A DNA stretch of 64,000 nucleotides, taken from Convolutriloba macropyga (lineage: Eukaryota). Numbering within the stretch: the stretch's first letter is position 1; every line of letters begins with the position of its first letter. The notes below the pieces were generated by a model that had not been told where the DNA came from, did not search any database, and saw only the letters and a list, made by a program, of their open reading frames with translations. The translations under genes and the position numbers were made by a program. The stretch spans positions 1-64,000 of the forward strand of contig NW_027449974.1 of the NCBI RefSeq assembly GCF_964194025.1. Reading direction: 5' to 3'. This document shows positions 49,560 to 61,860 of this stretch, piece by piece.

Positions 49560-52110
49560 AGTTACATTCAAAGACACTAATTTCATCAAAATCCCTTTTT
49601 TTCTTACCAACAACTACAAAATGGCACATCTGAGGGCTGCAATCAGATTTCGGGTTATATACAAGCCAACGAGAGGATAGAAACCCATCAGAACACCGAA
49701 AAATATTACATAATTAAAGAAGTGCTAAAAAAACATTCAAAAATCTACTGCAATGCTGATATCTATTCTTTGTCAAAGTTTGAAGCTTTGACAAAATTCG
49801 TTGAGCCTTACGCTAAAAGAAAGTGTAAATGAACAAAAAAACTTCGAAAATAAAAAACTTGAAAAATAGCGCAATACAGTCAAAAGTTGCTGAAAATTGT
49901 GATGCTCAAAAACGTATCTGGGTCACTCAACAAACCCAAATATGAGCCTCAAAACCTTTCAAATAGTCAGTATTAGTAAATAAAATTAAAAAATTAAAAT
50001 CGCAAAAAACGAGGTCAAAAAAATTTAAAATAATTAAAAATTAGTAATATTAGCAAAGATTAACTAAAAGTTAAGATTAATAATATCCAAATTGTCAATT
50101 TCAATTTTATTTTGTTAAAAAGTTATCAATAAATCCATTTTTACGCCTCAAGAAGCTTCTTTGCTCTATAAAATTGAAAACAACTGATAAACAAAGAAAG
50201 CAGATTAGCGAAAAAGCTTAGACTCTGGTGCTAATTTTGGCGTAAACAACAACAAAACCAGAACATTAGAATACAACGAAAATTTAAATATCAGTATAGG
50301 TATTCCAACATTGACCCACCTTGAAGAAACACAAACTCCAAAAATCAACTAACAAGTTAGAGAAAATTGCGACCAGTAAAGAAAAGTTGCTGCATTCAGT
50401 GCTCAAAAACAGCAAAAACTGACCTTTTCACCTTGAATTAACGCTTTACATCAGATTCAGTACTTTAAACACCCCAGAAAATAGTAAAACCAGCTGAGAT
50501 TCTCTATGGCCCGCCGAGTTTTACCTGTTCATCCCGTTTCAAAAGCTCAAAGTCATGGAAAGTATCTTAAAAAAACATAGTAGGACATGTTCTGAATTAC
50601 AAGCCAGAGAATTGAATCACCCCTTGACCTCACAATTAGAAAGTTTTCACATCAACATTACACTTAGACAGTCAACATACACTTCAAGAAAGTATTGACT
50701 CTAAGCATCCTTAGAATGAGTACATCATAAGACGACCTTATGGGTATCAAATACAGACAAAGCAAAAATGAGGCGCAACGAAAGAAAATTGCGACAATCA
50801 GAATATTTTTGAAAACCAATACTATCAAAGTATGACAACCACATAGGTTCAAATCAGAATCCTGAGCAAAGCGAACAATAAAACGTTTATAGTCATAAAA
50901 ATCATTCAGCAAATCTTGGAACCAATAAAATCAAAATTCACAAATTCACTTAAAATGTCCTAAATCTAACGGCATCTCATTAAACAAAGTGAGTTTTAAA
51001 AAATCTACCGCCAAAAATTAATAGAAGGGCAACCAGAAATGTTTTTTTGCGACTAAGCGATAAGACCACAAAAATATCTTTTTTTTCAACACTTCAAAAA
51101 TCTTTTGAAGTGTTGAAAAAAGCAGCTATGAAGTGGAGAAACAACTAAGGATAACCTATGCCTCATATGCAAGCAAAATTTTCAAGAATGAAACTAGGCT
51201 AAATGATGAGACCACAAAATTGCAGTTAAAAACCAGTTACGTTGAAAGACACTAATTTCAAAACCGGCAATTTCATGCCAAGAGCTGCATGGCAGAACTG
51301 CAGACTGCAATAAAAATTTGGGTTATATGCGATTCAAACGGAGGGCAAAAACTGATCCAATCCCAAAATATTAAAAAAAACAAATTTCTAAAAATTGTTT
51401 CAAAAAATTTCAAAATATCTTTCTTAAGGCTCACATCGATCCATTGCCATGTTTTTAAGCTTTGGAAAATTTTCGTTGACCACTTAAAGTAAAACAGCCT
51501 GAAAATGATAAAAATTTTCGAAAAATTGAAAAATTTGCTAAATTTGTGATGTTAACATCCTCAAAATTATTTCTGGGTCAACAAAGTTGCATCATCCATT
51601 ATTGTAAAGTTAGGCCTGAAAATGGTTTCATTGGTCCTTAAAAGTAGATAAATCCTTCAAAGATGATTAAAAATCTCAAAAATTGAAAAAAAAAATTAGC
51701 AGTAATTAATTGAATGTTATGATATCCATATCATGAAAATTAATCCTGTAATGTTAAATTAAACCTCTTAACCCATTTTCAGAAATTAAAAACGTTGTTT
51801 AGGCCTATAAAGGTAAAAACGGCCGGAAAATGACAGAAATGGCCAAAAATTTGAATAAAATAGCAAAAAAGGCTTTGACTATAGTGTTAAAGTTGGCATA
51901 AACAACAAAAAGAAACCAACTATAGTACCATAAAGGACTATATCGTATATCATAATAGCCATATAAACTATGAACGACCTTGAAAAGCCAGTTTAGAAAA
52001 CTACTCTTCCGTTGCAACTAAAAGTCTTCTATTGCAACTTAATGCCTGCCGAGCTCCACCTGTTTATCCCGTTTCAAAAGCTCAAAATAATTGAAAAAGA
52101 TTTTAAAAAA
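49560..52110 (+). repeat. Two diverged direct copies (~49560-50580 and ~51240-52110) of an unclassified repeat with a decayed ORF
   Basis: Shared AAAGACACTAATTTCA, MAHLRAAIRF/MAELQTAIKI starts and GCCGAGxTxxACCTGTTxATCCCGTTTCAAAAGCTCAAA ends. Confidence 0.65.
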
Positions 52111-54500
52111 ATTTAACAGAGCTTAGCACGAAGATTCCAAAACCTACTCAATGCACATATTCGCTCATATCATAGTCAATTACTGATCAACCAAAACGTG
52201 CCTCTACTCATTTGTGGTATTTATAAAACAGAAATAAAATAAAAAACAGTGAGGGAAACATGAGAAAAACAAAATATGTATAAACATGATACAAAATCTG
52301 ATTCGTCACAAGTTGCGACCCTAAAAAATATTGGCAAAAATTTTAACTAGCAAAGATAAAAAATCAAAGATTAGAAATCAAAAAATCGCAGAATACTTTC
52401 ACGCTCACTTTATTCGCTCTCTTAGAAAATTGCACTAACAAAAAGCACTCTCTCTCCATTGCTCTGCTCTTCATTTTTGTTCAGCAGTTTGACCTAAGCA
52501 ATTGTTTTTACGTGCGCTATTTGACTTTTCATCCTATGAAAAGAGAAGTCACCGATTAAAAATATAGATCACCTTAACTCCTCTTCGAGTAATAAAAAAA
52601 GACAGAGCACCAATACAATCGAAATTATTTCGAGTGTAAAAGCATTGGTAAGCGTTGAGTAGCAAGGAAAAAAGTTCTAATTTGACACGAAAAACTCATT
52701 GATTCTCATTGATGATTAACACAATGGGTTTGACATTATCTTCAGAATTATCTTGTGAGCACGGAATTATCTTGTGAGCACGGAGTCACAAATACATCAA
52801 GCAGGTCGCATTACGATAAAAAACTCATAACAAGCAATCCGAATCTTAAAATTATGTTGTTATTTTGTTTCTGTTTTCTTACCAATTTAGAATATATACC
52901 CTCAAGAAATCAGAACATTCTAAGTTAAACATGTTAAAATTGTTATAATATTTTCTATGACTAGCAGCTCATTATGAGTATTTTACCTTTTCAGCTAAGA
53001 TAAAATTAGTCAGGTTTGTCTAATAAAAAATTAATTCAAAACGGAAAATCGTCGTCACAGCTTTCTAGAGATATTATTCACATTGCTATCCAAAAACTTT
53101 ACCAAAGATTGAAAAATAGGGAAGCAAAGGGTCATGCACTTTTAGGTTTAAAATCTAAGTCAAGTATTTCGGAACAAAAATTGTGTTTATCAGTTGAGAA
53201 ATTGTGAATACTCGATTATGCTTATTATCGTTAAACGAAGTATCTGTTATACTGAAATCTAAGCCGGGAGAATTGAATGTGCTCAGTGGCCGGAAATTGT
53301 AATTACTCGAGATTCACATACCATTCTCATTTGAAGATCAGGTCTGCATTATATCTCTAAACTCAGTAAATTACAAAAATTTTATAGACGTTAAAGTTAA
53401 ACCAATTATTGGTCTAAAAATTGTACGATTTAAATTTAGTTAGAATGCTTCAAGTCACCGATTTAAACTATTCGCTCAGAACTTAAGTGTTGAATAATTA
53501 CTTTCGTTACTCTTCTGGATAAATTCGCTTTTCAAAGTCACACATTACATTAAAAATTTTTGCAGCTTATATTTTAAATTCAATTACACCAAACTGAAAA
53601 GAGAACAAGATTTGAATAAGTATCAATTCTTAATTTGAAGTAGAGCTCAAAAAATGTTCAAGTAGATATTTTTCAACGTTTCAATACCGTTTGTATGTAA
53701 TATATCTTTACACAAGCTGAATTGTAACTTTGATTAAAATCTACTTCAATACTATAGGCAAGAATAATTTGATGAAAATAACTTGGACTGCGAACAAAAG
53801 TTCATAAAAAGATTGTTAGACTTTCTGCTGCTAGATTTTCATATCAGGAATTAGTATTCGAACTTACTAAAAATCAACCAATATTATTCACATTATATTA
53901 TATTATTCGATTAAATATTAATACTTAATAATGTTTAATTATTTCAATTAAATGTAAAAACATACCCGGCATATTGCCGGAAAAAAAGCCGACGTTGATT
54001 CCCATAACTCTATTGGGATTGAAAGAAAAGAAAATATCAACAAAAATTGATTTTTGTATAAAAAAACACTTTTAAGTGCGATTTATTTTGATGTCATTTC
54101 GTAATTGAAAATACTCCTGTCTTTCAGTGAGAGGCTACAGGGTCTAGTAAAAATACCAATGAGCATTATAGATAGTAACTAAAATTTATGAGAACAAAGT
54201 TCAAGTACCGGGCCTCTAAAAATGGGCTTCATGGGTTTATCCCGTTTCTATTTCTGAATTTGAGTTTTTTATACTAGCTCTCTTCATTTTGAATTGCTTT
54301 GCTGATCAGCTGCTGTTTAAAAGAACTTTGAGCAGAATGACAGAAGAGTGAAACTAGCCTAGAGAAGTCAAAAAGATTTCACGCAAATGTCGAAAAAGCG
54401 GCAAAATGGGTAAAGCGAAAAAAGTTCGACGAAGTAAAAAAACATAGCAGGACAAGTCCTGACGTACAATTCAAAGAATTTTCATTGACTTAACAAACAA

Positions 54501-55595
54501 CTAGACCTAGAACGGACAATGGGTGAATTGGGAAAACCATTTCTAGAAAAATCAGATGAAAAAAACAAAAAAAAGAAATCAATGTCAAAATGCTGCTAGG
54601 GAGAACAAAAAACCACTAGTGAGATATGTAATTTTGATTCTAACAAAAAACTAGGTCCAGAATGAGCTGTGAATGGATTGGGAAAACCATTCAGAAAAAA
54701 AAACCGATCCAAAAAATCGAAAAAAACAGTAAAAATCAGAGTGAAATTGCCGCATGTGAACAAAAAACCACTACCGAGAAACCGAACTTTTGTTCAAACA
54801 CTGTTTTCTCACTTTACTTTAAAATTAGATCAAAAAAAATTCACGCCGCAAAACCACTCGCCTTTTCGCTTCATTTCCTGTTTTGGCGTGACCAAAATCA
54901 ACACTCCAATTTGACTTCAAAAATCATGAAAATGTGTGAACAGATCTTAAAAAAAAAAAAAAGACAGCGCCCCAATACAATTCAAATTCTTTGAATTGTA
55001 AAAATAGGAGCGCTATAATAGCCGGCTGAGAAGATGAAGGCGGCTAATAACTAGACCAAGAACAGACTATGAGTGAATTGGGAAAACCATTTCTAAAAAA
55101 GATTAGATGAAAAAAAAAACAAAAAAAAAACAGAAAATCGAGAAATTCGATGTCAAAATGCCGCATGTGAACAAAAAAAACCCACTGACGAGAAATGGAA
55201 ATTTGGTTCAAACTAAAAACTAGGCAGAGAATGAACTATGAATGGATTGGGAAAACCACTTAGAAAAAATCCGATCCAAAAAATGGAAAAAAAACAGTAA
55301 AAATCAAAGTGAAATTGCCGCATGTGAACAAAAAACCACTAACCAGAAAGCGTATTTTTGTTCAAACACGGTTTTCTCACCCTACTTTTAACTTCACGCC
55401 ACAAAACTACTCACTTTTTTGCTTCAATTCCTGTTTCGGTGTGACCAAAATCACTATTCCGATTGACTTCAGAAATCATGAAAATGCGAGAACAGATCTT
55501 TAAAAAAAGACAACGCCCCAATACAATTCAACTTCTTTGAATTGTAAAAAAATAGGAGCACTATAGTAGCCGGCTGAGAAGCTGAGGCGGTTATT
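54501..55595 (+). repeat. Head-to-tail dimer of a 550-bp element with 3' hairpins (Helentron/HINE-like?)
   Basis: Units start CTAGACC at 54501 and 55051. Each ends with a TACAATTCAA..TTGAATTGTA palindrome and a TAGCCG..CGG(C/T)TA stem. Confidence 0.8.
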
Positions 55596-56825
55596 AATAA
55601 CAAAAAAGTATTATTACTATCAAATATTTTGATAATTATTGTTTAATTAGAATTAGTAATAATTATTAAAATTATTCAATTATTACTAAACATATAAAAA
55701 AAAGAAATCAAATTTCGTATTGATTGCGAAGAACTTTCTTTTGACTGATTTGTAATTTAAAGCGGAGGAGGGGTATCAGTATTGTGGGTTTTGTACAAAA
55801 TTTTCAGGCCGTTAAAAGCAAGAATTCAGATATGATGGATTTAAAACTTAAGTTTTGAATTTCCTATATGAGCATCTCAAATACAGAATTCAGCCAAACC
55901 ATCGTGTTTTTATTGCTCAACAAAGTTTTTCACGAAAACGAAAAGAGCAGTGAACCATTGTTAAATTTAAAAAGTTTCTTATCGTTAACAAACACCTGCT
56001 TTTCCAGGCTCTGAAGACTAGTAAAAAAGCATTACCAATAGATTGAAAGTATAATGCAGATTTAGTTTATAATCGTTTTTCAATAGTTTGTCCTCTGCTA
56101 CTTTGAACATGTGAATTTCAGATGCGAATATATTTACATTGGCAGATTTGAAGCGATTGTGACGTCATATGGTCGTAACAAAAATCGCGACGACGAAATA
56201 AAAAATACCAAGAGAAGGCCAATAATAGCCCCAGCTATTGCTGTGCAGCTATTAAAAATATTATGTACAAAGTTTTCTTAAAATTTGAGAATGAATAAAG
56301 GAACATTGGTTTTTCTAAATGAAAGTACAATGAATCTTAATTTTACAGATTATTTTACGACCAAAAAAGCAACTGTCGATAAGCCCCATTACAATTGGCA
56401 TTTTAAGAACAAATCAAACATTATCATAGAAAAAAATAATCAAAATTTAGATAAAGGAAGTTCAATAAACGATCATTTCTTAAAATAAATGTCAAAGAGA
56501 TGTCTCGACTAAAGTGTTTTTTTTTTTCAAACTATTTTTCACACTGATAAAACTTTTTTCCAACAATGTTAGGATAAAAAATTACGCTTTTTTGCTTCAT
56601 TAACTTAACAATAGTTTTTCTTTAGTCTTCTGGATTCATAGTTTCTGAATTCAATTTTGAAGTCACACATTTAAATATTATGATGTTGGCATTGTAAGTT
56701 CTGTCACATGAAGCGGGGAAAAACGTGAAAAAAACAATTGCTCCTTATTGTGACGCAGAGCTTGAAATTCGATTATGAAAGATTTTTGTCGATGACTTTA
56801 TCTAAATTGAAGTAATTATTTTGTA

Positions 56826-57020
56826 CACCAGAGTGGAAAACAGAAGTTAATCTTGTAAGATCTTGTAAGATTCTTGTATGATTCTTACAAGACGTTGTTA
56901 AATCTTACAAGATTCTTACCAGGTTCTTAAAAGACCTTACAAGATTAATTTTTTCTTACAAGATTCCTACAAGATTCTTACAAGATTAACTTTTTCTTAC
57001 AAGATTAATTTTTTGCGAGA
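56826..57020. repeat. (TCTTACAAGA)n / (TCTTGTAAGA)n inverted-oriented short repeat array
   Basis: Directly visible. Related CAAGA/TCTTG arrays lie at ~58960-59100 and ~60630-60830. Confidence 0.75.
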
Positions 57021-60000
57021 TTTCAAATAGTAGACGCAAGTTTACAGTGAATACATTAAGTATAGTGACTAAAAACAATAATGTTAACTGCTAGATTTTT
57101 CATAAAAGGGGTATTAGTATTCTCACCTCACAGTTATTGTAGAGAGCACCGTGTTGACTGATTTAATTAACGTGGACGCAGAGCAGGTTCAGGAAAATAC
57201 TTTTACAAATAATGCGCAATCTGTTCAATGCCAAAGATTTTTTATGTTTTAATGAATAAAATTTTTTTAATTTATAAGACTCAAGTTATAATGTTGAATA
57301 CGGTCATTATTGCGTCTAAGGAGGAATTAACCACTAGCAAGATTCAATTTAATTGTCAAAAAAATGAATACTCTGAAACTTTTGAAAATTGTTTCAATTC
57401 AATTCAGCAGCTCATCATTTTTTGCTCTTCAACATAGATAAAATATATTATAAATAGATTTATTTTGGATCAAACATCTTGCATGATTCGTATCCTCCTC
57501 TGTAGGTAAATTTGATTGTTATCTAGAGATTCAAGCAAGACCGAATGTGTGAAATTGTGATTTTGTTCTTCGCATTAACTTCTAGTAACAGTGGTTTTTA
57601 GTTTAGTGTCCGAAAACACATAATATCAGTAGAGAAGTTAATGTAGAAATGTAGATCGCAGATTGCTAGAAAACATCTGAGAACATAGACATGAAGTCTC
57701 AAAATAATGATAGAATAAGAAGAACTTCGGCTTATTCAAAATATGTAAAATTTTGATTTTGAAGAATTTAGTATTTACTTAAGCCTTTTTAATTTTAGCT
57801 TCCCTCAAATCAGCTTGAATTAGACTGAGACATTTTCCGTTCACGTTTTTTCATTAATTTAAAAATAGCAAAAATGCGTGAATGAATGAACGAAAAATAG
57901 ATTTGATGTGAGCGTGACGTCAAATGAGCGCAACAAAAACTTGACGACGATTTAAAAAACATAGTAGGAAAAGCCTGGAGCCGACTCCACGTAAAACTTG
58001 ACTGAGGCAAAAACTTGGCAGCTTAAATTTTTGAGTTAAGTTCCAAAAGTTGTTTTTCAAGGCTCATTTAATATAAATTCAGATTGTTCAGTGTTTATCA
58101 ACACAACAACAACTCTATAACAATAAAAAAATACCACAACAAAATAAACAAATATTTCAAAAAACAAGAACTTTTTTTTCATTAATTCGAGAGTCATAAG
58201 GCCAATCAAAGATCTAATAACCACACCACAGACCATTTAAAACATAGCAATTAAATAGGAAAAAAACATCCAAAATAAACGAAAATCAGGACGAATAGTC
58301 AGAAATAATTATAAATGGACAAAAACAGATTTGACTTGATTAAAAAAAACTTTTCTAATACATACACAATTTACTACTGTTACCAATCAATCGAAAGATA
58401 ATTTTGGCGGGCGTTAAAACTAATTATATTTAATTAGTCCCCCTAGCGTGTGAAATCTTTAACCGTAACGTATACACCTCCTCCCAAACGTACAAATATT
58501 TCTCCCAAATGTATGAACATTTTTTAACATAAGAGCAAATAATTGGTTGGAATGTCAAAATTTATGTCAAAACTAAAAAATGCTTTAAAAGTCTTACGTG
58601 AAAAAAATTTTGGTCTGAGCAGCGTCCTAGAGAAAAAATGAAAAAAAAGATGTGAAAAAAAAGAGAAAAAAAGAGTAATTAAGAAGAATACAGAATTTGT
58701 GATTTTGTTTTGAAAAGATAAAATGCCTATAGCATGCTGCTAAGTAATTCATCTGAATTTCAACTGTAAGTTTTGAACTAACTGACATTAATTGCTTTTA
58801 TTCTGTTTGTGGTTCTGTTTCCCAGGATTCTAGGATTTCTGTTTAAAGCAATTAAAATTTATTTTTTGGGGGCAGTCAAGTTTATGATCGATCTGACTGC
58901 AATAAGTAGTTATTACAACAAGAGCAGTAGCCTATTTCGAGACCAAATGTTTATCTTTCAAGATATTACAGGATTCTCGCAACAAAATGGTTATAATGGT
59001 TATCTTGCAAAACTATGGTTATCACGCAAGATCTTGCAAGACGATGACTATCTAACAAGATCTTACAAGATTAATGATTATCTTGCACGATTCTTACAAG
59101 CTCGTTTCGGTGAGGCCCTGACTCTCATTGGTTGTTTTAGTCGCATTATATTTCGTTTTAAGCGCACGATATAGATTAGGCGCCTGATATAGTTTCGTGT
59201 TTTACAAGATGTAATATGCAGTAAAATTACTTTAGATATACGTGTTCTATTAATGAACAACCTAAGTTCAGCCAGCTGAGCAAAAAATTAATAACTGTTT
59301 CGTTGAGCACTGCAAACACAAATTCAAAACTTGCCAAAAATTTGAACTATTCCTTTAACTTTCTGGGACCCCAGATTTTACATTTCTCAAAATAAAGTTT
59401 TGAAGTTTTACCGATATATTTCTTTCAAAACGCTTTTCTGCTTAAAATTATTATTTGTTGCTATAAATTGCTAACAAGTTTTCTAATTTCATTATTTATT
59501 TCAACATTTTCAACTCTCTATTGTAACATTTTTTTTCTCAGTTTTTTAAATTTTACTCTGAATTTGAAACTGATTCTGCATTGAAATACAACTTACGTTC
59601 TTCTAAATTACCGTCCCTGCAAACGTACTTAAACTTCTTTACGAAATCACTTTATCTTTACACCCTAATCTATATGCATTTAAAACAATAGATTGTCTTT
59701 GAGTATAGTTAAGAAATATAATGAATTGTTTGGTATAATTAAAAGTTATCCCCATAACAGTTCTTAACCAGAACATTGTAAGGTAAATAACTCTATAACT
59801 ACTTTTTTGGATAATTTCTCTAGCGAAGATACACTGTTTCCCAAAGGCAGCACCCGACTAGGCTCAAAAAGGCTTCTTGGTGTCCTTTGAAGTGTGTATG
59901 TAAATTAGTTCTATCAAATAATTGTTTTATATACATACTTGAGAACAATATATTTTTTATTATTGATTTGTTTCGCAATTGTCTGACATGAGCTGAACAA

Positions 60001-60885
60001 AAAGGAGTTGTTTCGTAACTTTATTCTGTGCATGTTTGCATAATTTATTACTATATACGAATTTTGGGCTGTTAGTTTTACCAGCTGATCTTGGTAATAT
60101 TTTAAATGCGTTTTTAATTCGACTATTACTAAAAAAACAACGAAAAAAGCAATTAGTTCAGCTTAATGAGCTCACGAAAGCACAAAGCTACAATGCAATT
60201 GTTCAAACATGATCTCATGCAAAGAATCAAAAATAAATTCAATTGTTTCTACGAGTTAGAAGAGTTCAAAATGAACAATTTCTATGCTTGCTATATGAAA
60301 ACTCTACTCAGATAATCTACTTTGAGTATTTGCAACCATATTATTCAAAAGTATTACTAAAATTATTTATTATTATTATATTGATGAATTTTTAGCCAAA
60401 ATTCACACAAGCAATGAATGGTCACAGATATATACATATTTGCAACGGTGAAATAATCGCGAAAATCGAGTTGCTGCGAAGACTTTCATAGTCCCCCCCA
60501 ATAGCCGATCAACAGATCATTTTTTCTTTTTCTTGGGCAAAATTTCATCCATTGATCAACAATAATGGATCATACGGGCATTTCAAACTCTAAAGCATGT
60601 TTAAAGCATTATTCTAAAACTATTTTTCTGTGTGTCAAGATTTATCAAGATCTTAGCAAGTTTTGCCGAGAAAATTTCTTGCCATGTCTTGATAAGATCT
60701 TGTCAAGATCTTACCAAGATGATGCCAGAAATTTTTGCCTATCAAGATCTTGGCAAGATGTTTCAAGTTTTGCAAGAATTATCAAGATCTTGCATGACAT
60801 GGCAAGGTGTATCAAGCTTCGTTTCACTGGGCGTTTTGTCTTTGATTAGCTTCAGACATATATTGCTAATTGAATAAGAGCTTAC

Positions 60886-61066
60886 CAGCAGCGAAGCAGA
60901 GTTGTACGAATGAAATGAGGGTTGCGAATGAGGACATGACCATAGAGGTAGTCACTCGACACCAAGTTGGGTTAAACAGAGAGTGTTGCATGTGGAAGAG
61001 GGAGAAGCTGGCCTCAACCAGTGGGCACCAGATGATCAACCCTGTCGATCGGAATGCGTGGCAATA
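60886..61066 (-). CDS. Internal exon of the same probable multi-pass membrane protein
   Basis: TTACTTCAG acceptor, CTG|GTAAGC donor in phase 1; only one open frame: YCHAFRSTGLIIWCPLVEASFSLFHMQHSLFNPTWCRVTTSMVMSSFATLISFVQLCFAA. Confidence 0.7.
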
Positions 61067-61575
61067 CTGAAGTAATGGGAACAACAGTAATCAGAAATAT
61101 TTATGAACTAATTATACTTTTCCATCGGGTCATCAGAGGATCCCGGGATCACATATAATTAACTTTTTACACACATTACGAGCCAGCGTCTCTATCTTAA
61201 GATTTTAATTCACACTTCCTCCACGCTATTTTTTGGAAATTTGAGACAAAGGTATTGTAAATTATAATACCGAAGAATAATAATAAGATTGTAATGTTTT
61301 ATAGAATAATTTACTATAATATATGGATTAACAGTACAAACCAATAATCGTTCCTTCTGTTGCCATATCCCAAAAAGGTATGCACTTTTTCAAAATGTAA
61401 TAGGATACGTTAATAAAACTGAAGAGAAAAAATGGACCAAATGGTCAACTTTATTTGGATGGCGACGCCGGCTCATAATGCACTTATGAAAATCGTTCTT
61501 AGTAATGGCTAGTCCAACCTCTGCCATAAGGACGTGTTGAAATACCCTCAACATTTCCCAACAAGTATTTAATAT

Positions 61576-61860
61576 AACCGACTAACGTCGGCGAATTGCT
61601 CTCAAACAACTGGCGAGCAGTTGGCTCCGTCAGTTTTTAGTTGCGAGGGGAGGCTAGCTTTAGCTGAATTAAGGGGGAGGGGTTGGAAGTGGAGTGAGCA
61701 AGAGTGGGGAGGCAGGACGAGTGTTCGGGGTTGCGGATTGAATGAGATGGAGTGAAGAGTGGTGGAGAGAGGAGGGAGTGTGAGAGGAAGGTAAGTGTGT
61801 GTAGGTGTGTCTGTGTGAGTGGTTGTGGTGGGGGTTAAAGGGGGAGGGGTCAAGCGCTGA
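61576..61860 (+). repeat. Dispersed repeat: ACCGAC..AATTGCTC head followed by a G-rich tract
   Basis: Similar heads at 48353 and 46664, each followed by G-rich sequence. Confidence 0.6.

Noticed and set aside
52745-52782. 19-bp direct repeat as a TSD or regulatory site
   Set aside because: Simple adjacent micro-duplication (similar to 29035-29084) with nothing inserted between the copies.
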